Shown: positions 56,090-64,000 of the stretch, piece after piece
Numbering within the stretch: position 1 is the stretch's first letter
Layout of the letters: each line of letters starts with the position of its first letter
NCBI GenBank assembly: GCA_963746885.1
Contig: CAVVDM010000018.1
Coordinates: 16,489 to 80,488, forward strand
Origin: an uncultured Alphaproteobacteria bacterium
Lineage (GTDB): Bacteria > Pseudomonadota > Alphaproteobacteria > ATCC43930 > CGMCC-115725
Direction of reading: 5' to 3'
DNA length: 64,000 nucleotides
The notes under the pieces: model-generated
Databases searched by the model: none
What the model saw: the letters and a program-made list of their open reading frames with translations, nothing else
Told to the model about the DNA's origin: nothing
Translations under genes and position numbers: made by a program

Positions 56090-56920
56090 ATGCGGCTCGG
56101 CATTCATCTGCCCCATATCGGACAAAAGGCGGCGCCGGAGGGTATTCGCCGCGCCGCCGTCCAGGCCGAACAGCTCGGCTTTGCCGATGTCTGGGTCAGC
56201 GAACACATCATCGTCCCCAAAGACCGGGGCTATCCGCCCTCGGCGATCTTCTGGGACCCGGTACTGACCCTGACCTGGGCGGCCGCCTACACAAGCCGCG
56301 TCGGGCTCGGCACCAGCGTCCTCGTGCTGCCGATGCGCCACCCGCTGCCGCTCGCCAAGGAACTGGCTACGTTGCAGAACCTGTCGCAGGGCCGGCTGAT
56401 CCTCGGCGCCGGGGTCGGCTGGCTCGAGGACGAATTCGCGGCATTGGGCGTGCCGTTTCGCGAACGCGGCCGGCGCATGGACGAAGGCATCGCGATGATG
56501 CGCGCGGTGTGGAGCGACGACCCGGTCTCCTTTCCCGCCAAGACGATCCCGGCCGTCATCGACGACATGCGCATGCTGCCGAAGCCCGAGAAGCCGATCC
56601 CGATCTGGATCGGCGGCACCTCGGAGCCGGCGCTGAAGCGGGCGCTCAGGCTCGACGGCTGGCACGGCTCGCGGGCTTCGCCCGAGCAGGCGGCGCCGCT
56701 CGTCGCGCGCCTGCGCAGCGAGCGACCCGACCCCGAATTCGCGATCTCGCTGCGCTACGGCTGGGACGGTCGGGACGACGCGGCGTTGCGCGCCCGGCTG
56801 GAAGGCTATCAAGCGGTCGGAGTGCAGCATGTGCTGGTCGAGCCGTTCGACCGCGAGTTGTCTGACTGGCTCGCCACGGTCGAGCGGATCGCCCGCGCCG
56901 CCGAAGGCCTGCCGGCATGA
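56090..56920 (+). CDS. LLM class oxidoreductase
   Basis: The 276-aa protein contains MRLGIHLPHIG...GFADVWVSEHI...LILGAGVGW. Confidence 0.8.
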   Translation: MRLGIHLPHIGQKAAPEGIRRAAVQAEQLGFADVWVSEHIIVPKDRGYPPSAIFWDPVLTLTWAAAYTSRVGLGTSVLVLPMRHPLPLAKELATLQNLSQGRLILGAGVGWLEDEFAALGVPFRERGRRMDEGIAMMRAVWSDDPVSFPAKTIPAVIDDMRMLPKPEKPIPIWIGGTSEPALKRALRLDGWHGSRASPEQAAPLVARLRSERPDPEFAISLRYGWDGRDDAALRARLEGYQAVGVQHVLVEPFDRELSDWLATVERIARAAEGLPA

Positions 56921-57957
56921 AGCTGTCGACCACCCTCAAATTCTCGCCATCCTATGCCGGCATCGAGATGGATTTGGTGTGGGAGGCCGAGCGCCTCGGC
57001 TTTGACGCGGTGTGGGCCGGCGAAGCCTACGGCACCGACGCGATCAGCCCGGCCGCTTGGGTGCTGGCGCGCACCAGCCGCATCAAGGCCGGCACCAGCA
57101 TCATGCAGATGCCGGCGCGCACGCCGGCCTGCGCGGCGATGACTGCGATGACATTGCAGGCGCTTTCGGGCAACCGCTTTCTGTGCGGCATCGGCCCGTC
57201 GGGGCCGCAGGTCGTCGAGGGCTGGCACGGCGTGCCGTTTGGCAAGCCGCTCGCCCGCACCCGCGAATATGTCGCGATCATCCGCCAGGCACTGGAGCGC
57301 AAGGGACCGCTCGAACACCATGGCGAGCATTACGACATCCCCTATACCGGGCCGGGCTCGACCGGGCTCGCCAAGCCGTTGCGCAGCATCATTCACGGCG
57401 ACCCGAGCCTCAAGATCTACACCGCCTCGGTGTCACCCGCCGGGCTGCGCACCGCCGGCGAGGTGGCCGACGGCGTGCTGCCGTTTTTCATGTCGCCGGA
57501 AAAGGCCGAGGCCATCGTCGGCCCGATCCGCGACGGCCGGGCGCGCGCCGGCAAATCGCGTGACCTCGCCGATTTCGACAACGCACCCTACGTGCGGGTC
57601 AGCATGGGCGACGACCTGGCGAAGTGCCGTGACGCGATCCGGCCCGGCCTCGCCTTCTACATCGGCGGCATGGGCGCGCGAACCAGCAATTTCTACAACG
57701 ATCTGACCAAGCGCATCGGCTACGAGGCAGCGGCGAGCGAGATCCAGAATCTGTTTCTCGCCGGCCGGCGCGAGGAGGCGGCGGCAGCGGTGCCCGACGC
57801 GATGATCGACGAGATTTCGCTGGTCGGCCCGCCCGACCGCATCCGCGACCGCCTGCAGGCCTGGCAGGACATCGCGAAAGACCACAAGGTCGGCTCGCTG
57901 GTGCTGGCCGGCGCCGACCTCGCGGCGATGCGCGTCATCGCCGAGGCAGTGCTATAA
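56917..57957 (+). CDS. LLM class oxidoreductase
   Basis: The 346-aa protein contains ...GFDAVWAGEAYGTDA...FLCGIGPSGPQVVEGWHG.. and has an ATGA overlap with the preceding LLM gene. Confidence 0.85.
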   Translation: MKLSTTLKFSPSYAGIEMDLVWEAERLGFDAVWAGEAYGTDAISPAAWVLARTSRIKAGTSIMQMPARTPACAAMTAMTLQALSGNRFLCGIGPSGPQVVEGWHGVPFGKPLARTREYVAIIRQALERKGPLEHHGEHYDIPYTGPGSTGLAKPLRSIIHGDPSLKIYTASVSPAGLRTAGEVADGVLPFFMSPEKAEAIVGPIRDGRARAGKSRDLADFDNAPYVRVSMGDDLAKCRDAIRPGLAFYIGGMGARTSNFYNDLTKRIGYEAAASEIQNLFLAGRREEAAAAVPDAMIDEISLVGPPDRIRDRLQAWQDIAKDHKVGSLVLAGADLAAMRVIAEAVL

Positions 57958-58058
57958 GGCGCTTCGGGGATGACGGTCGCCTATCGCGCGCATAATGCCG
58001 GCAACGGTCGTGCGCCGCGGGCGAGCGCCTCCACCAGCGTGTTCGGGCCGGGATCGGC

Positions 58059-58745
58059 ATGCCCAGTCTTCGCAGGATACTGATCGTCGTTGACGATTCG
58101 GCGCTGCGCCAATCGCTGGCCGAGCAACTCGAGCTGAACGCCGAGTTCGCCACGCTGGGATGCGACAGCGCCGCGGCGACGCTTGATGTGATGCGACGCG
58201 AACGGTTCGACGCGGTGCTGCTCGATGTCGGACTGCCCGACATGGATGGACGCGCCTTGTGCCGGCTGATGCGCGGCGCCGCAATCAATGTCCCGATCTT
58301 GATGCTTTCGGCGGCGGACAGCGACGCCGAAACGGTGCTCGGGCTCGACGCCGGCGCCAACGACTACCTGACCAAGCCGATTCGCCTGAACGTGCTGCTG
58401 GCGCGGCTGCGCGCCCATCTGCGCCAGAGCGAACTCAGCGAGGATGCGGTCTTTAAAATCGGGCCCTACACCTTCCGGCCCAGCGTCAAATTGCTCAGCG
58501 AGGCCGGCGGCGGCCGCACGGTGCGCCTGACCGACAAGGAGGCGGCGATCCTGAAGTTTCTCTACCGCGCCGGCGGGGTGATCGGCCGCGATACGTTATT
58601 GGGCGAGGTCTGGGGCTACAATGCCGGCGTGACAACGCACACCCTAGAAACCCACATCTATCGCCTGCGCCGCAAGATCGAGCGCGATCCGGCGCACGCC
58701 GAGATCCTGGTGACCGAGCCCGGCGGTTACCGGCTCCTGCCGTGA
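58059..58745 (+). CDS. OmpR-family response regulator transcription factor
   Basis: The receiver domain has VVDDS, the phospho-acceptor context VLLDVGLPDMDG, and DYLTKP. The winged-helix C-terminus is ...THTLETHIYRLRRKIE...GGYRL. Confidence 0.9.
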   Translation: MPSLRRILIVVDDSALRQSLAEQLELNAEFATLGCDSAAATLDVMRRERFDAVLLDVGLPDMDGRALCRLMRGAAINVPILMLSAADSDAETVLGLDAGANDYLTKPIRLNVLLARLRAHLRQSELSEDAVFKIGPYTFRPSVKLLSEAGGGRTVRLTDKEAAILKFLYRAGGVIGRDTLLGEVWGYNAGVTTHTLETHIYRLRRKIERDPAHAEILVTEPGGYRLLP

Positions 58746-59653
58746 CGCCGCGAGGGGGGGACGGCCAAGCGGGCGACCTCGTTGTCGCCAGCGCTGCCGA
58801 CAGCCTTTATTTTCCGCTGCTGCGCGACGCGGTGCAATCGGTGCGCGACCGGCATCCGAGCGTCGCAATCGGCGTCTTCGACCTCGGCCTCAAGCCCGAG
58901 GAACTCGCCTGGCTCGGCGAGCATGTGACGCAGATCGTGCGGCCCGATTGGGATTTTGCGTTTCCGGGCCGCGACCGCGCCCCGCAGGCGTTGAAAGCCG
59001 AACTCGCCCGTCCGTTTCTGCCGCGCTATTTCCCGGGCTATCGCATGTATCTTTGGCTCGACGCCGATGCGTGGCTGCAGGATTGGCACGCGGTCGAGCT
59101 GTACTGCGCCGCCGCCGGGCATGACAGGCTGGCGATCACGCCCGAGATCGACCGCGCCTACAAGCGCCATTACAAGCGGCCCAAGCTGTTCGGCTGGAAC
59201 CTGCAATGGAAGAACTACCGCGAGGCGTTCGGCTGGCGGGTCGCCGACCGGCTCGGCCGCAACCCGATGATCAACGGCGGGGTGTTTGCGCTGCACGCCG
59301 AGGCGCCGCACTGGGCCGCCTGGCAGCGTGTGCTCGCCCGCGTCTTGCAGCGCACCTGCTTCACCCCGGCCGGACAGACCGCCCTCAATTACGTCATCTT
59401 CGCCGAACACCTGCCGGTCAACTTCCTGCCGTCCTATTGCAACTGGATGCCGGGCGACGCGGCGCCGGTGTTCGACGCGGCGCGCGGCCTGTTTGTCGAG
59501 CCCTACGCCCCGAACGAGGTGATCGGCGTCATGCACCTCGCCGGCGCCGAGCAGAAAAGCCACGTCTTCCGCCTCAACCGGCTCGACGGCGGCACCATCG
59601 ACACCGCGCTACGCTACAGCGCCACCCGCGCACTCGTCGAACGGAGCATCTGA
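58742..59653 (+). CDS. Putative glycosyltransferase (GT8-like, DxD motif)
   Basis: The GTG start overlaps the regulator stop (GTGA). The motifs YLWLDADAW and NGGVFAL are reminiscent of GT8 enzymes. Confidence 0.6.
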   Translation: MTPRGGDGQAGDLVVASAADSLYFPLLRDAVQSVRDRHPSVAIGVFDLGLKPEELAWLGEHVTQIVRPDWDFAFPGRDRAPQALKAELARPFLPRYFPGYRMYLWLDADAWLQDWHAVELYCAAAGHDRLAITPEIDRAYKRHYKRPKLFGWNLQWKNYREAFGWRVADRLGRNPMINGGVFALHAEAPHWAAWQRVLARVLQRTCFTPAGQTALNYVIFAEHLPVNFLPSYCNWMPGDAAPVFDAARGLFVEPYAPNEVIGVMHLAGAEQKSHVFRLNRLDGGTIDTALRYSATRALVERSI

Positions 59654-59672
59654 GCGAGCCGGCGGCTCGCGT

Positions 59673-61245
59673 TCAGCGATGCTGCCGGCCGCTGCCGCGG
59701 AAGTCGCGCGCGATATAGACCGTATAGGTCATCCCGCCATTGGGGCCGGTCGGGATCGTGATCGTGGTCAGCGGCGTCAGTTCGGCGAAGTCGGGCCGCA
59801 TCTCGCCGACAAGGTTGTGCACGGTGACGGCCAGGAAATTGCCGCCGCGATGCCGCCCGATGTTGTTGACTAGCCGCCACTGGTCGGTGATCCCGGGCAC
59901 CGGGTTCCACTCGACCGCGCCGAAGGGATGCGGCCGCACGTAATAGGTCAGCGCCGCCAGCAACTCGCGGTCGTCGGCAAGCAGGGTCAGCCCCGGATGC
60001 GCCGCCAGCAGCCCCGAGACGCGATCGCCCAGCTGGCGCCATCCGCGCAGGCGATGCAGCGGATCGTATTTGGCCGGCACCGCGACACCGAACGCGGCGA
60101 GCGCGTCGGTCGCGCCGAACACGCAAACGGCCGCCGTCAGGTTGAGCGCGATCGACGCCGCCACCCAGTGCCGCCAGCCGCGCTGGAGCATCCAGGCGAC
60201 CACCAGCACGGTCGCCGACACATAGGCGGGCGCGGCCCAGTTCGGCTCGGCCCGCGACAGCAGGCTGAGACACAGCATCATCCCCAGCGTCGGCAAGGCA
60301 AATACGGCGAGCAGCCGGGCGCGCGGCTCGGCAAGGCGCGGGACGCGCGCGACGAGCACGATCAAGGCGGCAAGAAACAGCGGCCCCATGACGCCAAACT
60401 GCGAGGCGGCAAATTCCGCCAGCGCGCCGGGATGCACGAGGCTCCCCGCCCAGATGGGCATTGTCGCGCAGGTGCAGATAGCTGACGAAGCCATGGCTCC
60501 AGTTCCACCACAGGTTCGGCAGGTAGATAGCCACGGCGACGGCTATTGCGGCGCCCAGCGGCCGCAGATGACGGCGCTCGCTTGGCACCATCAGGACAAA
60601 GCCCAGGGCCGAGACCAGCCAATAGGCCATCGCATATTTGGCAAGCAATCCGAGGCCGGCCGCTATCCCGGCGACCAGCCACCAGCGCCCGCCGCCCGGC
60701 TCGCGCGCCCGGATGAAGGCATAGAGCGCCGCCGCCCAGCATGGCACCAGGGCCGCATCGGTCGAGATGATGAAGGCCGACAGCGACACGCCCGGCAGCG
60801 TCGCATAGGCCAACGCCGACCAGAAGCCGATGCGCCGATCGTACAGCCGCGCCCCGATCGCATAGACGAAGCCGGCGGCGGCGGCATGCAGCAGCGGCGC
60901 CGACAGACGGATGGCAAATTCGCTGTCGCCGAAAATGGCCGTGGTCAGCGCGATCAGCCAGGCGACAAGCGGCGGCTTCGAGTAATACCCGAACGCCAGA
61001 TGCTGCGCCCACGTCCAGTATTGCGCCTCGTCCGGGTAAAGCCCGGCCGATTGCACCCTCAGCCACAGCAGCCGGGCGGCCGTGATCGCCGCCACCGCGG
61101 CCAGCGCCCGCCAGCCATAGGCGGGGCCGCTCGCGGGAATGCCGGCCGCGACGGCGGGTGAAGGTTCGCGCGAGGACGGGCCGAGAGGGGGCATCACCAC
61201 TACTGAATTTGCCGCCGGCGCCGCGTCGGCACACTCGCCTCCCAC
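59673..61245 (-). pseudogene. GT39/ArnT-like membrane glycosyltransferase, one frame break at CCCC 60444-47
   Basis: The N-terminal half contains ..YPDEAQYWTWAQHLAFGYYSKPPL.. and multiple TM helices. The C-terminal half continues in the other frame from ...NAHLGG|SLVHPGALAEF. The span is 1573 nt, which is 3n+1. The start is uncertain, either 61245 or 61194. Confidence 0.8.
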
Positions 61246-61409
61246 GCCACCGCGGTACGCCTCACAGGACCCGGCGCTCCACTCGATGGGAGCCTGTCGC
61301 GACAGCGCCGCTGCCGGCTTGCCTTTGCACCATCAGGGGACATTTATAGCATCGCGAGCCCGGGGATAGCCCCTGCGGCATCGGGACACCGGAAGTAGGG
61401 GAAGAGATC

Positions 61410-61838
61410 ATGCGCAAGACGGCATTCGTTCTCGGCATTCTCGCGGCGGTCGCGACAGCCCCCATGGCTCACGCGGCGATGATGACCTACAAGGCGACCT
61501 TGAACGCTGCCAGCGAGGTCCCGGCGAACAAGACGACGGGCACCGGCACGGCCGCGATCAATGTCGATCCCGCGACCAAGGAGCTGTCGTGGCGGGTCGA
61601 GTATTCCGGGCTGACCGGGCCGGCGGCGGCGGCGCATATCCATTGCGGCGGTGCGGTCGGCCACAACGGCCCGGTTTCCGTACCGCTCGGCAAAGCGCCC
61701 AATCTCGCCAGTCCGATCGAGGGCTCCGGCAAGATGACCGCCGCGCAGCTCGCCGAGCTGAAGGCCGGCAAGTGCTACGTCAACATTCACACCGCCAAGA
61801 ACAAGGGTGGGGAAATCCGCGGCCAGCTGGCGCCGTAA
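61410..61838 (+). CDS. CHRD domain protein, secreted
   Basis: A signal peptide is present. CHRD blocks are LNAASEVP...TGTGTA...AAAHIHCG...YVNIHT....GEIRGQL. Confidence 0.85.
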   Translation: MRKTAFVLGILAAVATAPMAHAAMMTYKATLNAASEVPANKTTGTGTAAINVDPATKELSWRVEYSGLTGPAAAAHIHCGGAVGHNGPVSVPLGKAPNLASPIEGSGKMTAAQLAELKAGKCYVNIHTAKNKGGEIRGQLAP

Positions 61839-61840
61839 TC

Positions 61841-61859
61841 GGCGCGGCCCCGCCGCGCC
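61841..61859. terminator. Hairpin between convergent CHRD and dehydrogenase genes
   Basis: GGCGCGG-CCCCG-CCGCGCC forms a 7-bp stem. No U-tract follows it. Confidence 0.3.
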
Positions 61860-61871
61860 GGGCTGCTCCGC

Positions 61872-63138
61872 TCAGGCGAAGCGGCCGGGCGCGAACGGGG
61901 CGATGTCGATCGACGGCGGACGGCGGGCGACGAGGTCGGCGACGATGCGGCCGGTCATCGGTGCCGCGGTCATGCCGACATGGCCGTGCCCGAAGGCATA
62001 GATCACATCGGGGCTGGCCTGCGAATACCCGAGCACCGGCAGCGAATTGGGCATCGACGGACGGTGCCCCATCCACATCGTGATCTGCTCGTCGGGATAG
62101 TCGGCGCCGAGGCCGGGCAGCATCCGGCGGCCCTGTGCCAGCAGGATTTGGGCACGCCGCCAGTCGGGCGGCGCCGCCAGCCCGGCCAGTTCGACCGTGC
62201 CGGCAAAGCGCAGCCCCAGCGCCATCGGCGTCGCGACAAACTTGCCGTCGGCGTCGGCGGTCGGGATGCGCGGCATCACTTCGGGATCGCGGATCATCAG
62301 GTGATAGCCGCGCTCGGTCTCCAGCGGCACCTTGTCGCCGAGCGACGGCGGCGAGCGGCTTCGAATGGGCGCCGGCGCAGACGATCGCGGCGTCGGCCGG
62401 GAGATCCCCCGCATCGCTGCGGATCGCCGTCAGCCGCCTACTGTCGAGGCGGAAGCCGAACGCCCGCGCCCGCACGATCTCGCCGCCCCGGCGGCGGAAC
62501 TGCTCGACGAGGCGCGTGACAAGCCCGAGCGGGTTGCTGGTGTGGCCGTTCTCGCGCACCAGCAGGCCGCGCACATACTCGCGCGACAGCACCGGCTCCA
62601 ACTGGCGCAATTCGTCGGCGTCAAACTCGTCGACGACCACCCCGTTCTCGCGCCGGAGCGCCCAGGCGAGGCCGTCCTTGGCCAATGCCTCGGCAGAGCG
62701 GTAGACGTAGAGATGGCCGCGCTGGTGGATCAGGTCCTCGGCCCCCGCATCGCGCGCCAGCTCGCGCACCAACGGCACGGTGGGCGCGAGCAAGGGACGC
62801 ATCGCGCGCGCCTGGGCATGCACCTTCTCCGGCGTCGCCGAGCGCACGACGCGCGCCAGGTAGGGCAGGATCGCCGGCAGGTAGCTCCAGCGCAGCGACA
62901 GGGGGCCGAGCGGGTCGCGGAGCCAGCCGGGCACCTTGCGGATAACCCCCGGCATTGCGTTGGGAGTCACCGACGAGCCGTTGAACGCCCCGGCATTGCC
63001 GAACGAGGCGCCCTCGCCGGGCTCGCCCGGCTCGATCAGGAACACGCTGTGGCCGTCGCGCTGCAGCCAGCTCGCTGCGCACACCCCGACCATTCCGGCG
63101 CCGATCACCCCGACGCGCCGCGCCGCGCCTGCCGCCAT
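61872..63138 (-). pseudogene. FAD-dependent oxidoreductase, D-amino-acid dehydrogenase-like, one frame break at ~62345-48
   Basis: The N-terminus is VGVIGAGMVGVCAASWL. The C-terminal half (SLGDKVPLETERGYHL...GHGHVGMT) is in the other frame. The span is 1267 nt, which is 3n+1. Confidence 0.85.
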
Positions 63139-63277
63139 TGCCGCCCCCGCAATCGTCGGCCCAGCATGGCCCCGCCGCCCGGATGCCGCAACGGCGGTGC
63201 CTTGTCATGCACGGCACGGCTTGACGCGACGCGCCGGCCTGCCCACGCTGGGCCGACGCGATACGGAGGAGCACTCA

Positions 63278-64000
63278 ATGGAATTCGGCATCTTCAATCT
63301 GATGGGCGCGCGCGAGGCCGACAAATCGGCGGCCCAGGTGTTCGCCGAAGTGGCCGAGCAAACCCGGCTCGCCGACCAACTCGGCTATGCCACCGCGTGG
63401 TTTGCCGAGCATCATTTCTCGAACTATTGCATGTGCGCCTCGCCCTTGATGATGATTGCGCACTGCGCCGCCACCACGAAGCGCATCCGGCTCGGCACCG
63501 CGGTCCTGGTGTTGCCGCTCTACAACCCGGCGCGGCTCGCCGCCGAGATCGCCACCGCCGACGCGCTGTCCGGCGGGCGCCTGTCGCTCGGTATCGGTGC
63601 GGGCTATCAGCCCTACGAGTTCGAGCGGTTCGGCGTCGACCTGAAGCAGAACCTCGAGATGACCGAGGAGTTCGCCGAGATCCTCGACCTCGCGCTGACC
63701 CGCGACTTCTTCACCTACAACGGCAAGCACTACCAATTGCCCGAAACCCACATTCCGGCGCGGCCGGTGCAAAAGCCGGTGCCGATCTATGTCGCCGGCC
63801 ACACCCAAGCGATGTTTCGCGCCGCCGCGCGCCACGGCTACCGGGTGCTGTCGTCAGGCCGGGTCGGCGGCGCGGCGCTCTTGGCCGAGCAGTATGCCGA
63901 TATCGTCGCCGCCTTCGCGGCCGAGGGAAAGCCGCTGTCGGGCGCACACATCACGGTCAACCGCTTTGCCCACGTTACTGACAGCAAGGAGGACGGGCTG
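63278..64000 (+). CDS. LLM class flavin-dependent oxidoreductase, 5' part (runs off the window)
   Basis: A GGAGGA lies 8 nt upstream of ATG 63278. The product begins MEFGIFNLMG...GYATAWFAEHHFSNY...LSLGIGAGYQ. The frame is open to nt 64000, so it is not in the supplied ORF track. Confidence 0.8.
   Translation, partial: MEFGIFNLMGAREADKSAAQVFAEVAEQTRLADQLGYATAWFAEHHFSNYCMCASPLMMIAHCAATTKRIRLGTAVLVLPLYNPARLAAEIATADALSGGRLSLGIGAGYQPYEFERFGVDLKQNLEMTEEFAEILDLALTRDFFTYNGKHYQLPETHIPARPVQKPVPIYVAGHTQAMFRAAARHGYRVLSSGRVGGAALLAEQYADIVAAFAAEGKPLSGAHITVNRFAHVTDSKEDGL

Noticed and set aside
55681-56865. 394-aa ORF starting upstream of the DUF1127 gene and running through the LLM gene region.
   Set aside because: Only the first ~60 residues after ATG 55726 look like a real (DUF1127) protein. 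The remainder is Arg/Pro/Gly-rich and overlaps the well-supported LLM gene 56090..56920 in another frame.

Overview
GC-rich chromosomal segment. The gene content points to an alphaproteobacterium, Hyphomicrobiales-like: ccrM, sciP, cckA, a DUF1476 zeta inhibitor, and the bolA-grxD and rpsF-rpsR-DUF2232-rplI arrangements. I count about 65 protein genes, mostly core housekeeping.

Core genes:
- ku
- RNA-modification enzymes (DTW, TrmH, RluA)
- purB, then purC-purS-purQ-purL-bolA-grxD
- rpsF-rpsR-rplI
- thiC behind a TPP riboswitch
- ccrM-rnhB, fumC, sciP/dksA/cckA, and pepP-panB

Accessory redox and catabolic genes are interleaved with these:
- seven luciferase-like (LLM) flavin oxidoreductases
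- two TauD/TfdA dioxygenases
- a GMC oxidoreductase with its small subunit
- an SMP-30 lactonase
- a thiolase + DUF35 pair
- an amidohydrolase, a VOC protein, a GGT and a PhoD

I found no rRNA, tRNA, CRISPR array, transposase, integrase or recognisable defence system.

The most conspicuous unexplained structure is technical or genetic. About 28 reading-frame breaks fall in 14 otherwise well-conserved genes, and almost all behave as one extra base, often in a G/C run. Fourteen of them lie in the 2.5 kb covering purQ-purL. I think these are assembly or basecalling errors, but that needs read-level confirmation.

Biological oddities worth a look:
- a Ku gene that appears to continue into a ChW-like repeat domain
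- a YgfB/UPF0149-like module joined to pepP
- a perfect CtrA box between sciP and dksA-cckA
- direct repeats with a GANTC site in the ccrM leader
- a two-ORF insertion inside the pur operon
- an eight-gene oxidoreductase string
- an orphan OmpR-type regulator translationally coupled to a glycosyltransferase

Limits: all family calls rest on motif recognition from memory, with no searches run. Frame-break coordinates are good to about +/-5 nt, and several start codons are uncertain.
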